Positions 35,937-45,999 of a stretch of 64,000 bases of DNA are shown piece after piece. The translations under genes were made by a program, and so were the position numbers. Position 1 is the first letter of the stretch. Every line of letters starts with the position of its first letter. Location of the stretch: positions 1-64,000 of the forward strand of contig CANRKP010000002.1 of the NCBI GenBank assembly GCA_947631245.1, given 5' to 3'. The notes beneath the pieces were generated by a model that had not been told where the DNA came from, did no database searches, and worked only from the letters and a program-made list of their open reading frames with translations. This stretch comes from an uncultured Clostridia bacterium. GTDB lineage: Bacteria > Bacillota > Clostridia > Oscillospirales > CAG-272.

Positions 35937-37262
35937 TTATCCTATCGTTATTTTTTCCTGCGGGTAGCGCTGTGTTCCCGTGCTGCCCGATATCGCCGCA
36001 AATATGAGCGTCAGCCCGCCGACGCGGCCGCAGTACATCAAAAGAATAAGTATCGCGCGCGACAGTGCGCCGAGAGACGTCGTTATCCCGAGCGTCAGCC
36101 CGACCGTGCCCACGGCGGACGCCGTCTCAAACAGGCACGTCATGAGCGGCAGACCCTCTACCCTGCTTATGATGCAGCCGCCGCCGATGAAGAGGACGAG
36201 ATACATCGTAAGTACCGTCGCCGCGTTTTTGACGACGTCGTCCGATATTCTGCGCCCGAAGAAGTGCGCGCTCTCCCTGCGCCTGAAGACCGACACCGCG
36301 TTGCCGAGCAGCACCGCGATCGTCGTCGTCTTCATGCCGCCCGCCGTCGAGCCGGGCGAGCCGCCTATCAGCATCATTATTATCATGAGCGCACAGCCGA
36401 CGCCCGTCATCGCCGCGAGGTCAACGGTGTTGAAGCCCGCCGTCCTCAGCGTGACCGACTGGAAAAGCGACGCGAGGACGCGTTCCTTCGGCGCGAGCCC
36501 CGACAGCTCGAAGAAGAAAAAGTACAAAGCGGGCAGAATTATCAGCGCCGCCGTCACCGAAAGGATGACCTTGCTCTGCATTCTGTACCTTGAGAGGCGG
36601 AATTTGTTTTTCCTCACGTCGTCCCAGGTCGAAAAGCCTATGCCGCCGATCACGATGAGCAGCATTATCGTTATGTTCAGTGCGGGGCTGCCGACGAACG
36701 TCGTCAGCGACGAGAATTTGCCGTTGATGCCGCAGAGGTCGAAGCCCGCGTTGCAGAACGCGGAGATCGAATGGAAAACGCTGTACCATATCCCGCGCAG
36801 TATGCCGAACTCCCGGCAGAACGTCGGCGCGACCGCGACGGCGCCGCAGAGCTCGAACACCGCCGTCACCTTTATTATAAAGCCCGTCAGCTCGACGATG
36901 CCGCCGACCTTTTCGGCGGAGATCGAGTCCTGCATGATGCTGCGCTGGCGCAGTCCTATCCTCTTGCCGGACACCGTCGATATCGCGACGGCGACTGTCA
37001 CGACGCCCATTCCCCCCGTCTGTATCAGAAGAAGAATGACGGCCTGACCGAACTCCGACCAGTATGTCGCCGTGTCCTGAACGACAAGACCCGTGACGCA
37101 GAGCGCGGACGTCGCCGTAAACAGCGCGTCGCCGAAGCTCGTCCACTTTCCGTCCCGCGAGGAGACGGGCAGCATGAGAAGCAGCGCGCCGAGCAGTATC
37201 CCCGCCGCAAAGCCGATTATGATTATTTGTGAAGATGAAAGTTTTCTGCTTGCTTTCCCCAT
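35937..37262 (-). CDS. trkH: Potassium transporter membrane subunit (TrkH/KtrB)
   Basis: Polytopic; TrkH-like repeated pore loops; adjacent to trkA. Confidence 0.8.
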   Translation of the reverse strand: MGKASRKLSSSQIIIIGFAAGILLGALLLMLPVSSRDGKWTSFGDALFTATSALCVTGLVVQDTATYWSEFGQAVILLLIQTGGMGVVTVAVAISTVSGKRIGLRQRSIMQDSISAEKVGGIVELTGFIIKVTAVFELCGAVAVAPTFCREFGILRGIWYSVFHSISAFCNAGFDLCGINGKFSSLTTFVGSPALNITIMLLIVIGGIGFSTWDDVRKNKFRLSRYRMQSKVILSVTAALIILPALYFFFFELSGLAPKERVLASLFQSVTLRTAGFNTVDLAAMTGVGCALMIIMMLIGGSPGSTAGGMKTTTIAVLLGNAVSVFRRRESAHFFGRRISDDVVKNAATVLTMYLVLFIGGGCIISRVEGLPLMTCLFETASAVGTVGLTLGITTSLGALSRAILILLMYCGRVGGLTLIFAAISGSTGTQRYPQEKITIG

Positions 37263-37289
37263 CTTTCCCCTCTTTGCTCCTTTAAAAAG

Positions 37290-38294
37290 TCACCCGGGCA
37301 AAACCGCCGTTCTCAAAATATCGCAGGCGACGGGAGTGTAGAACATCTCCCGAACGCGCGCGGGGTCCTTTGTCCCGGCGAGTATCCACATCAGCTTTGA
37401 ATACACCGCCTCCGTCGTCATGTCGTATGCCTCAAGCACGCCGGGGTCGGTTTTCAGCCTGCTGCCGACGCGGTATATGCCGAGGTCGGAGCCTTCGCTT
37501 TCGACCTGCGTCGTCAGGACCGCAAACCTTCCGCGCGCGCACCAGGTAGAGATGCAGTCGCGGAAGCCGCCCGCCTCGGGCAGCCCGCCGACGCCGAAGC
37601 TCTCGATTATGACGGCGTCGTTTTTCGAGAACATGAAGTCGAGCACCTCGCGCCCCATGCCCGGTATAAGCTTCACGAGCGAGACGTTTTTGTCGAGCTC
37701 CTCAAAGAACGCGGGACTCTCGCCCGAGGGGCGCGTTATGTAGCGGAAGAGCATCCCGTCGCGGATGACGCCGAGCTCCGGGTAGTCTATGCTCTCGAAC
37801 GCCGCAAAGCTCTTTGTCCGCTTCTTTTTCGCCCGCGTGCCCGCTATGACCTTGTGGTCGAAAACTATCGAAATCCCGGGCATATCGTTCACGGCGCAGA
37901 GGAACGCGTCGTAAAGGTTCTCCCTCGAGTCCGTCGTGTCAAACGCCATCGGCTTCTGCGCGCCGGTAAGGACGACGGGCTTGCCGCCGTTCTGTATCAT
38001 GTACGAGAGCGCCGCCGCCGTGTACGCCATCGTGTCGGTCCCGTGCGTCAGGACAAAGCCGTCGTAGTCGTCGTATTTCTCTTTTATGGCGCGCACCATG
38101 ACCTGCCAGTGATCGGGCGTCATGTTCGTGCTGTCGAGCGACAGAAGCCCCATGCAGTCGACGTCGCAGAGCTCGGAGACTCCCGGCGTCGACCGCAGAA
38201 GCTCCTCCACGGAAAGTCCCGGTGAAAGCCCGCTCTCCGTCGGCTCCGAGGCGATCGTGCCTCCCGTACCTATAAGCAATATCTTTTTTCTCAT
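37290..38294 (-). CDS. ansA: L-asparaginase (type I)
   Basis: LIGTGGTIAS N-terminal motif; HGTDTM. Confidence 0.85.
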   Translation of the reverse strand: MRKKILLIGTGGTIASEPTESGLSPGLSVEELLRSTPGVSELCDVDCMGLLSLDSTNMTPDHWQVMVRAIKEKYDDYDGFVLTHGTDTMAYTAAALSYMIQNGGKPVVLTGAQKPMAFDTTDSRENLYDAFLCAVNDMPGISIVFDHKVIAGTRAKKKRTKSFAAFESIDYPELGVIRDGMLFRYITRPSGESPAFFEELDKNVSLVKLIPGMGREVLDFMFSKNDAVIIESFGVGGLPEAGGFRDCISTWCARGRFAVLTTQVESEGSDLGIYRVGSRLKTDPGVLEAYDMTTEAVYSKLMWILAGTKDPARVREMFYTPVACDILRTAVLPG

Positions 38295-38415
38295 CTTTGC
38301 CTTTTGCCTGTCCTTGTCAAGCAGAGCGGTTTAAACTATATAGCACATTACTGGACTTATTCGTTTAACATTGCGTTAATTTAACTCTTACATTGACATT
38401 GACAGAGCGGTCATT

Positions 38416-39534
38416 TTACAAGCCCATTATCTCTTTCTTTTTAACGTTGAATTCCTCTTCCGTGAGTATTCCAGCGTCAACTAATTCTTTTAATTTCTTA
38501 AGATTGGCTATTTGCTCATCAAGCGAACCGGACGCTGAAGACTGTTGGGCAGCATTTGAAGTTAACCCCTGCGCCATATTCATTCCAAAAATCATACCCC
38601 CCATATTTCCAAGACCATTGTCCTGAATGCCCTGAGCAATTTTTTGCTGTGCTGCGATATTGGATGCTTTCATAGAAACATCGTCGTAGGCTTTAACTTT
38701 CATCTTATTCGAGGAATATTGTTTGACAAGTTCCCGTGAATCGTCCGTAAATTCGATGTTTTCTATTGCTACCTGAACAACGCGGAAGCCAAAACGTTCA
38801 GCCCAAGTACCTGCATTGTGTGCATCATCGGCAACAATCTGTGCAATGGCAGTAGCCTGAGACGGCAACTGTGAAATACGATATGTATCAGATAGAGAAT
38901 TTAATGCTACAATAAAAGACTGGAGAAACTCAGCTAAAATTTGAGACCTTACCCTTTTATCGTCAAAAGTATAGTATGTGGTATTTGCCGGTACATAGTT
39001 CTTTATAAATTTTTCTGGATCAGTTACCTTGATAGTAAATGAGCCGTAGGCAAGAATCTCAAGATCTGTTCCATAAAAGATATCATTGTATACAAGAGCC
39101 CCCTTGGTTCCAAACTTAATATCTCTTATCTCTCTCAGATTAACAAACGCAATCTGCTTGTAATCAGAAGATACGCCGCCATAGCCAAATCTATTCTTAA
39201 TCTGTCCGAATATAGCTTTGCCAACGCCATCTCCGTTGAAAACGCTATCTTGTCCATTTTGATATTCATAGCCGCCGGCTTCCGTAATAATTTCTTCTAT
39301 GCCGGACTGATTGAAAATAAATGCGGCAGTATTCTCCGGAATATATATTTTAGACCCATTAGAAAGGATTCCGTTCGAGCCGTAGAAATTTGTTCCGCGA
39401 CCATTATTCGATGATTTCAGAATGCCTGGGGACACAACAACATGTTCGTCAAACGTTCCTGCTGTAATAATGTCTTTCCATTGGTCGGCAAAAGTTCCGC
39501 TTATTGCTCCACTAAACGCTTTAAAAATGCCCAT
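38416..39534 (-). CDS. COG4260 SPFH-like protein with C-terminal SHOCT domain (B. subtilis YdjI-like)
   Basis: MGIFKAFSGAISGTFADQWKD N-terminus; C-terminal LDEQIANLKKLKELVDAGILTEEEFNVKKKEIMGL (SHOCT). Gene is visibly AT-richer than its flanks. Confidence 0.7.
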   Translation of the reverse strand: MGIFKAFSGAISGTFADQWKDIITAGTFDEHVVVSPGILKSSNNGRGTNFYGSNGILSNGSKIYIPENTAAFIFNQSGIEEIITEAGGYEYQNGQDSVFNGDGVGKAIFGQIKNRFGYGGVSSDYKQIAFVNLREIRDIKFGTKGALVYNDIFYGTDLEILAYGSFTIKVTDPEKFIKNYVPANTTYYTFDDKRVRSQILAEFLQSFIVALNSLSDTYRISQLPSQATAIAQIVADDAHNAGTWAERFGFRVVQVAIENIEFTDDSRELVKQYSSNKMKVKAYDDVSMKASNIAAQQKIAQGIQDNGLGNMGGMIFGMNMAQGLTSNAAQQSSASGSLDEQIANLKKLKELVDAGILTEEEFNVKKKEIMGL

Positions 39535-39554
39535 CTTTTTCTTTACTCCTTATT

Positions 39555-40166
39555 TTAAAGAATCTGTTCCGTGTCACAATATTTGCATCTAACTACTTGG
39601 CCTTTATTTCCCACAAGAGGCGCTGAACACGAGGCACATTTCTTGCTTACTCTTTCCGGTCCGTGGCTTTCCGTACCGTTCTTTTGACTTCCGGAACCGA
39701 GACCCAACGCACCCAAAACGTCCGTTCCGAATTTTTTTACTTGCCGACCAGCTTCCTTTAGATGTTCAACTGAGGAACCGCTGCTATAATTAGATGCCTG
39801 CTCAACAGTCTCACCGCCAATCAGTTTCCCGATAGCGTCAATCCATTGACGAATTTTTCCTTCTCCAAAAGATTGAAAGCCAAATGATTCGACCTTCCCA
39901 TTAATGAAATACACTTCGAGGCGAGGCATTCCATTTGAGAGCTTATTGACCATTGCTTGTGGCTTACCATTATACATTTTGATTTGGTTCAGAGGGTATT
40001 CAAAAATTTCCTTAACATTTCCAAGCATACCCTTATTCGTACAGATAATTTTTAAATTTGTAAGCATTAATTCATCTGTATAAAGAGCCATCATACCACC
40101 GTGAGCAATTCCGGCTTCCTTAAGAATAATTGATTCATTTGGCATAAGTACATATTCTCTTGACAT
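39555..40166 (-). CDS. PH/GRAM-like N-domain protein with C-terminal zinc ribbon (B. subtilis YdjG-like)
   Basis: C-terminal CASCSAPL...CKYCDTEQ (CxxC...CxxC). Positioned immediately upstream of the YdjI-like gene; AT-rich. Confidence 0.6.
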   Translation of the reverse strand: MSREYVLMPNESIILKEAGIAHGGMMALYTDELMLTNLKIICTNKGMLGNVKEIFEYPLNQIKMYNGKPQAMVNKLSNGMPRLEVYFINGKVESFGFQSFGEGKIRQWIDAIGKLIGGETVEQASNYSSGSSVEHLKEAGRQVKKFGTDVLGALGLGSGSQKNGTESHGPERVSKKCASCSAPLVGNKGQVVRCKYCDTEQIL

Positions 40167-40207
40167 TGTATTCTGTCCTCCTATAGTTAATTTTTTTGCT
40201 TTTACGA

Positions 40208-41488
40208 TTACTTAATTTGCGACTTTTTTCGAACACTATTTTTGTTCCTCTCCATCACCGCCACACATTTTACATGGGCTGTTCTCGGGAACATGTCTAC
40301 GGGGGTGATGCTTTCCGTCCGAAACGTTCCCGAAAGGCGGGCGGCGTCTCTTGCGAGGGTCGCGGGGTCGCAGGAAACGTACACTATGCGGCGCGGCGCG
40401 CTTTTGCAGAGGGTGTCGAGCAGCTTTTTTCCGCATCCGGCGCGCGGAGGGTCGAGAAAAACGACGTCCGCGCCGCCCTCGTACTCCGCGGCGTCACCGC
40501 AGACAAATTCAGCGGACACGCCGTTCATTTTTGCATTCTCTTTTGCATCTTCCACGGCGGAAGTATTAATCTCCATGCCGAAAAGTCCGCATCCCGTCCG
40601 CTTTGCCGCCGCGATGCCTATTGTGCCCGTCCCGCAGAAAAGGTCCGCCGCAAGCTCGCCATATGACAGCTCCGCAAGCTCGACGGCGCGCGCGTAAAGC
40701 AGCTCCGCGCCGCCGTGATTTACCTGATAAAACGACGCCGGCGATATCTTGAAGCGGCAGCCCGCAAGCTCATCGTATATCGCCCCGTCGCCGCACGCGT
40801 GAATGTATTCGCCGCCCGAATAAACGTATGCGCTCGTAATAAACGGAAACCTCCCCGCCGCACGCTCAGCCGCCGCGCGCAGCGCGGTTTTCTCGTAGCC
40901 GCCGTCTCCGTCGGCGCGCAGGATCAGCATCGTTCCGTGCGCGGCACGGCGCACCGTTATCGCGCAAAGCCCCGGCACGTTTTCCGATGAAAGATACGTC
41001 CTTATTTCGTCCGTCTCCCCGTCGTGCAGCCGGCAGCGCGAGCTCCCGACGATTTTGTGCGTCATGCGCGCGTAATATCCGCTTTCTCCGTCCGAAACGG
41101 GGACCGTGACCTTCGTGCGGACCTCGTCGGGACCCGCCGTAAGAAACGGCTCCGGCTCGATATTGAGCCCGCATTTTTTCATCGCCGTGCGGATATAGTC
41201 CGCCTTGACCGAAAGCTCGTGCTCGTAGCTCACATGGCGGAAGAGGCATCCGCCGCACCCCGCCTCGAACGCCGCGCAGTCCGGCTTTTGCCTGTACGGA
41301 GACGGGGAGAGCAGTCTCACCGTCTCCCCTTCGTAAAACGAGCTTCGTTTCTTTTTTATCTCCACATCGGCGACGTCGCCCTCGACGGCGCCGGGAACAA
41401 GAACGACGACGCCGTCCCCGGTCCTTGTGACGCCCGCCCCGAGATTTGTCGTCGCCGTTATGCGCGCGCCCGAAAGAAGCCCGCCCAT
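40208..41488 (-). CDS. rlmD: 23S rRNA (uracil-5-)-methyltransferase RlmD/RumA-type
   Basis: TRAM N-domain; Fe-S Cys cluster CAAFEAGCGGCLFRH; SAM motif DLFCGTGTIG; catalytic VSCDPATLARD. Confidence 0.8.
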   Translation of the reverse strand: MGGLLSGARITATTNLGAGVTRTGDGVVVLVPGAVEGDVADVEIKKKRSSFYEGETVRLLSPSPYRQKPDCAAFEAGCGGCLFRHVSYEHELSVKADYIRTAMKKCGLNIEPEPFLTAGPDEVRTKVTVPVSDGESGYYARMTHKIVGSSRCRLHDGETDEIRTYLSSENVPGLCAITVRRAAHGTMLILRADGDGGYEKTALRAAAERAAGRFPFITSAYVYSGGEYIHACGDGAIYDELAGCRFKISPASFYQVNHGGAELLYARAVELAELSYGELAADLFCGTGTIGIAAAKRTGCGLFGMEINTSAVEDAKENAKMNGVSAEFVCGDAAEYEGGADVVFLDPPRAGCGKKLLDTLCKSAPRRIVYVSCDPATLARDAARLSGTFRTESITPVDMFPRTAHVKCVAVMERNKNSVRKKSQIK

Positions 41489-41679
41489 ATATCCCCCTTA
41501 ACATTTTTAACGTTCGCTTTGTGAACAATCCGTTAATTTTGACGCATTTGTCTTGTAAACAACGCGCGAAAAATATATAATATCGTTTGTAAACGGTTTA
41601 TCCTATCATCATTATCTGCATTATACTATTACCGTGCCGCCGTGTCAAGCGCGCGCGGAGAGAAAGGAGGGGAGGAGCC

Positions 41680-42687
41680 GTGGAAAATAAACGCCGTCAC
41701 GCCGTGCATGAGCACAGCGCGAATCACGACCCCGATATTTTTCTTCATTCGCTCGACGAGATAACGCCCGACCAGCTCGGGGACGTCGTAATAAAAAGCC
41801 GACGCCGGGGCTCCGACCTCGTGTCCTTTATAATAGAGCGCATTATATATTTCATAGCCGTCGCGATCTTCGTCGTCTGCGTCGCCGAGCTTGCGAAATC
41901 GCTTTGGGAGCAGTTCTCGGGCGAGTTCTACTACCGCCAAATGACGGATATGTATTCGGCGAGCCACCTGCTCGCAGGTGAAGGAACAGACGGAACGACG
42001 CCGTCCGTCAGCACGCTTTCGGCGTCCGGCACATCCGACCCGTTCGTCGCCGGAGTTTCCCAGCCCGACCCGGGCATAAAGATAGAGGTCACGGAATATA
42101 ACGAGACGGTCGAGGAGCTCAAGGCGTCGATAGCGTCCCTTAAGCGCCGCTATCCCGACATCTACGGCTGGATCTATATCGAGGACACGAATATCGACTA
42201 CCCGGTCGTGAAAGGCCCCGACAACGACTATTATCTGAAGCACGCATTCACGGGCGAGCCCCTCTCCGTCGGCGCGATATTTACCGACTGCACCCTCAAC
42301 GACTATATCCTCGACAACTACAACACCGTCATATACGGTCACAATCTGAACGGCGGCTCGATGTTCAATCACGTCATGAAATTCGCCACGGACGAGGAAT
42401 TTTTCAACACCCACAACATTTATATCTATACTCCGACGGGGCTCTACGAGTTCGAGCCGTTCAACATCAGCGTCTTCTCCTATAAGTTCCAGTATTTCCG
42501 CACATGGTTCGCGGACGGGGACGATTTTCTCTCCTTTATCGACAGCATGCTTGAGGCGCCGATATACAAAAAGGACCTCGAATTCACCGCAGACGACAGA
42601 ATAGTCACGCTCTCCACCTGCACGAAGCTCGGCATACGCACGCTGCGCTACTGCCTGCAGGCAAAGCTCATCCGAGCGATCGAATGA
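41680..42687 (+). CDS. srtB: Class B sortase
   Basis: TLSTCT active-site motif, catalytic His region IYGHN; N-terminal membrane anchor; GTG start after ggagg. Confidence 0.8.
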   Translation: MENKRRHAVHEHSANHDPDIFLHSLDEITPDQLGDVVIKSRRRGSDLVSFIIERIIYFIAVAIFVVCVAELAKSLWEQFSGEFYYRQMTDMYSASHLLAGEGTDGTTPSVSTLSASGTSDPFVAGVSQPDPGIKIEVTEYNETVEELKASIASLKRRYPDIYGWIYIEDTNIDYPVVKGPDNDYYLKHAFTGEPLSVGAIFTDCTLNDYILDNYNTVIYGHNLNGGSMFNHVMKFATDEEFFNTHNIYIYTPTGLYEFEPFNISVFSYKFQYFRTWFADGDDFLSFIDSMLEAPIYKKDLEFTADDRIVTLSTCTKLGIRTLRYCLQAKLIRAIE

Positions 42688-43553
42688 CAGGCATCATGCT
42701 TTTGTGCCCCGTATGCGGCGGCGCGCTCGCCCGGGAGGAGCACGCGTTCGTCTGCCCGTCGGGTCACACATACGACATCGCCGCCTCCGGGTACTGCAAT
42801 CTCCTGCGCCCCGGCAGGCAGCGCAACAAGACCTCCGGCGACGACAGGGACATGGTGCGGGCGCGGAGCGAATTTCTCGGCTCCGGTTACTACTCCCCCG
42901 TCCTCAATTTTGTCACCGAAACGGTCGGCACTCTTATAGACGGCGCGCCCGCCGTCATGATAGACGCCGGCTGCGGGGAAGGCTTTTACACGAACGGCAC
43001 GGCGGTCCGCTGCCCGTCTCTCTCGGTGCTCGGCATAGACGTTTCAAAGCACGCCGTTGACGCCGCCGCAAAGGGGGCGCGGCGCGAAGGCGTCTCCTCC
43101 CGCGTCATGTATGTGACGGCTTCGAGCGCGTCGATGCCCGTGCCGGACGGCTCCGCCGACATCGTGCTCTCCATCTTTTCGCCCTGCGCTTACGGCGAAT
43201 TTGCCCGCGTGCTGAAGGACGGCGGGCACGTTCTCATATGCTCCGCCGGCGCCTCCCACCTTCGCGAAATGAAGGAGATCCTTTACGGGCGCGAAGGCGT
43301 CCGCCCCAACATCCCCATCGACCACGCCTCAGCCGCGGCGGAGTTCGGTCTTGTGCCCGTCATGAAAAAGACCGTTTCGTTCCGCATCGCTGTTGAGGGA
43401 CAAGCCCATATAAAGGCGCTTTTTTCGATGACTCCGTACCGCTGGCGCACGCCGCGCGAGGGAGCCCGTGCGCTCGCTCTGCGGGATGAGCTCGATACCA
43501 CGGCGGAATTTGATATCACACTTTTGCAAAAACAATCGATCCCGGCGCTTTGA
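42684..43553 (+). CDS. rRNA (guanine-N1)-methyltransferase RlmA-like (zinc-finger + SAM MTase)
   Basis: N-terminal CPVCGG...CPSGH zinc finger; IDAGCGEGFYT SAM motif; ATGA overlap with srtB. Confidence 0.7.
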   Translation: MTGIMLLCPVCGGALAREEHAFVCPSGHTYDIAASGYCNLLRPGRQRNKTSGDDRDMVRARSEFLGSGYYSPVLNFVTETVGTLIDGAPAVMIDAGCGEGFYTNGTAVRCPSLSVLGIDVSKHAVDAAAKGARREGVSSRVMYVTASSASMPVPDGSADIVLSIFSPCAYGEFARVLKDGGHVLICSAGASHLREMKEILYGREGVRPNIPIDHASAAAEFGLVPVMKKTVSFRIAVEGQAHIKALFSMTPYRWRTPREGARALALRDELDTTAEFDITLLQKQSIPAL

Positions 43554-43580
43554 GCCGATCATTTTACGAAAGGACGCAAC

Positions 43581-44303
43581 GTGAAGCTGTCAGTCTGCAT
43601 ACCGATGTATAACGAAAGCGCCATTGCGGACGCCTCCGCGCGAAAATACGCAGACGCGCTCGCCGGTTTTTTCGGCGACGATTGGGAACTCATATTCTGC
43701 GACGACGGCAGTACGGACGGCTCCGCCGACATCGTTCGGAAAACGGGGCTCCCGCATGTGCGCGTCACGGGGTACCCCCACAACAGAGGAAAGGGCAGCG
43801 CCGTGCGGCACGCAGTGCTCGAGGCCGAAGGCGACATAATTCTTTACACCGACTGCGACTGTGCATACGGCACGGACGCTATACGCGACGCCGTCCGCTT
43901 CTTTGACGATCACCCGGAGGTGGACGCCGTTATCGGCTCGCGGAATCTGAACGCGGACGGGTATGCGGGATACACCCCGCTGCGGCGTCTGATGTCGAAG
44001 ACATACATATTTGTCATACGTCTTTTTGTCGGCTTCCGTCACAGCGACTCGCAGTGCGGATTCAAGGCGTGGCGTCGCCCGTGCGCGAAGGCGGTCTTTG
44101 AAAAATGCTCCACAGACGGCTTTGCGTTCGACATAGAGGCGCTTATGATAGCGGAACGGCTCGGATACCGCATAGAGGAAATGCCCGTCGTCGTCAAAAA
44201 TCACGCTGAGGGCGCCTCGAAGGTCCGTCCCATAGGTGACACGCTCCGCATGCTCTCCGACCTTAGGAAAATAAAAAAACGCGTAAAAAAGCTCGCGCTA
44301 TAG
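43581..44303 (+). CDS. Family 2 glycosyltransferase (polyprenol-phosphate sugar synthase-like)
   Basis: SVCIPMYNE...FCDDGSTDGS...DCDCAY motifs. Confidence 0.8.
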   Translation: MKLSVCIPMYNESAIADASARKYADALAGFFGDDWELIFCDDGSTDGSADIVRKTGLPHVRVTGYPHNRGKGSAVRHAVLEAEGDIILYTDCDCAYGTDAIRDAVRFFDDHPEVDAVIGSRNLNADGYAGYTPLRRLMSKTYIFVIRLFVGFRHSDSQCGFKAWRRPCAKAVFEKCSTDGFAFDIEALMIAERLGYRIEEMPVVVKNHAEGASKVRPIGDTLRMLSDLRKIKKRVKKLAL

Positions 44304-44319
44304 TGTCATAACAATGTAT

Positions 44320-44358
44320 AAGGCATACGGACGCCCACCGTCCGCATGCCTTATTTTT
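44320..44358 (+). terminator. Rho-independent terminator
   Basis: aaggcatacggacg-cccac-cgtccgcatgcctt + attttt. Confidence 0.75.
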
Positions 44359-44434
44359 CGCACTGCGAAACTGCGTTTGTCGCCATTACACAATAATTTG
44401 ACCGCGCCCGCGGGCAGATTTAGCATTTGTCACC

Positions 44435-44463
44435 TTGACATGAAAACCTGCCGATTATATAAT
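44435..44463 (+). promoter_or_regulatory. Consensus sigma-A promoter for the antiporter operon
   Basis: TTGACA - 17 nt - TATAAT, a perfect consensus -35 and -10. Confidence 0.75.
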
Positions 44464-44524
44464 TACAAATATGTAGAAAAGGTCGCGTTCCCGCGACCGT
44501 TTGTTTATCCGAAAGGCGGCGGAC

Positions 44525-45034
44525 ATGCTTTTGCTCCTCTTTCTTTTCTGGATCGTACTTTCCGGAAAAATTACTTTGGAAATAGCCGTTTTCGGCGTCA
44601 TTCTGACGCTTGTCGTGTGGCTCTTCTCGTGCCGTGCCATTGGCTGGAGCCTCCACCGCGAGCTCGTCTTTTACCGGCTCATGCCGCACGCCGTTTCATA
44701 CGCCGCGGTGCTTATTTTCGAAATAATCAAAAGCGCGGTCTCCGTCCTCCCCTACGTCTTCGGGCGAGCGCCCGACGGGGTGACGGCGGAGTTCGACTCG
44801 CCGCTTGAAAGTTCCGCCGCGAACGCCGCGCTCGCAAATTCGATAACGCTGACGCCCGGCACGATAACCGTCTGCGTCAAAGACGGACACTTCACCGTCC
44901 ACTGCCTCTCGCCCGCATTCGCGGAAGGGCTTGACACATCGGTTTTCGTACGCAGGCTCAAAAAAATGGAGACCGCCGCGGGCAGCGTCGGCAAAAACAA
45001 AAAGAACCAAAAGGAAGGGGGACGGAAAAAATGA
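44525..45034 (+). CDS. mrpE: Na+/H+ antiporter subunit E (MrpE/MbhA-like)
   Basis: Two N-terminal TM helices plus MrpE-like body; RBS aaaggcgg before ATG. Confidence 0.65.
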   Translation: MLLLLFLFWIVLSGKITLEIAVFGVILTLVVWLFSCRAIGWSLHRELVFYRLMPHAVSYAAVLIFEIIKSAVSVLPYVFGRAPDGVTAEFDSPLESSAANAALANSITLTPGTITVCVKDGHFTVHCLSPAFAEGLDTSVFVRRLKKMETAAGSVGKNKKNQKEGGRKK

Positions 45035-45321
45035 CACCTGAGCTTGCATATTCATATCTTTTCCGCACGGTCTGCCTCTTTCTTCTTCTGTATGCCGCCG
45101 TCGGCATATGCCGCGCCGTCAGGGGACCCGAGCTCTGTGACCGCGTGCTCGGCGTCAATATGGTCAGCTCCTCCGTCCTCGTCTCGATATTGACGCTGAC
45201 CGCCGCGCTCTCGGAACCTTACCTCGCAGACGTCGCGCTGATTTACGCCGCGGTCAGTCTCGTCTCCGTCGTAACGCTCAACAAGGTCTATGTCAAAAAA
45301 GACCGGGGAGGCGCGAAATGA
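45031..45321 (+). CDS. mrpF: Antiporter subunit F (MrpF/MbhB-like)
   Basis: ~96 aa, 3 TM; overlapping stop/start. Confidence 0.65.
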   Translation: MTPELAYSYLFRTVCLFLLLYAAVGICRAVRGPELCDRVLGVNMVSSSVLVSILTLTAALSEPYLADVALIYAAVSLVSVVTLNKVYVKKDRGGAK

Positions 45322-45656
45322 GCGGCTGGATACGCTTTTTCATCTCGGCGGCGTTTGCCGTCTGCGGCATGGCGGCATTCGTGTTCGCCGCCGTCGGCTC
45401 GTGCCGCTTCCGTCATGTGATGTACCGCATGCACTCGACGGCAATTGCCGACACCGTCGGCATCCTCTGCCTCACGCTCTCCGCCGTCGTCTACCTCGGC
45501 GTGAGCTTTGTCTCCGCAAAGGAGCTCGCCGTCGCCGTCATGATGCTTTTCACATCTCCCGTCAGCACTCATATGCTCGCGGAGATAGAATATCATAAGG
45601 GAAATTACGCCTCGGGTGTGGGGCGCGGGAAAGGAGGCGGACGCGATGACGGCTGA
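45318..45656 (+). CDS. mrpG: Antiporter subunit G (MrpG/MbhC-like)
   Basis: ~112 aa, 3 TM. Confidence 0.65.
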   Translation: MSGWIRFFISAAFAVCGMAAFVFAAVGSCRFRHVMYRMHSTAIADTVGILCLTLSAVVYLGVSFVSAKELAVAVMMLFTSPVSTHMLAEIEYHKGNYASGVGRGKGGGRDDG

Positions 45657-45999
45657 ACTTACGGAGGCGTTCCGAATAGCGCTTCTCGTGCTTCTCATAG
45701 CTGCCGCTTTGGCTGCCGCGCTCATGAAGCGGCTCGTTCCCGCGCTTGTCGCCTTCACCTCGTTTTCGCTCGTGCTGTCCGTTCTGTGGGTGCTCCTCGA
45801 AGCGCCCGACCTCGCGATAACGGAGGCAGCGGTCGGAGCCGGCGTTTCCGGCGTGCTGTTCTACGCGGCGCTGCACCGCATGGGGCAGATAAAGCGCAGT
45901 CTCATAGAAAAGAACGGCGACGAAACCGACGAAAACGGTGACGGCGGCGGGCAGGCTCCCGAAAGCGAGGCGCACGGCGATGAAGACGATGAAGAATGA
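45646..45999 (+). CDS. MrpB N-terminal-like small subunit (DUF4040/MbhD-like)
   Basis: 3 TM; acidic tail; start at MTAELTEAF overlapping previous stop. Confidence 0.55.
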   Translation: MTAELTEAFRIALLVLLIAAALAAALMKRLVPALVAFTSFSLVLSVLWVLLEAPDLAITEAAVGAGVSGVLFYAALHRMGQIKRSLIEKNGDETDENGDGGGQAPESEAHGDEDDEE

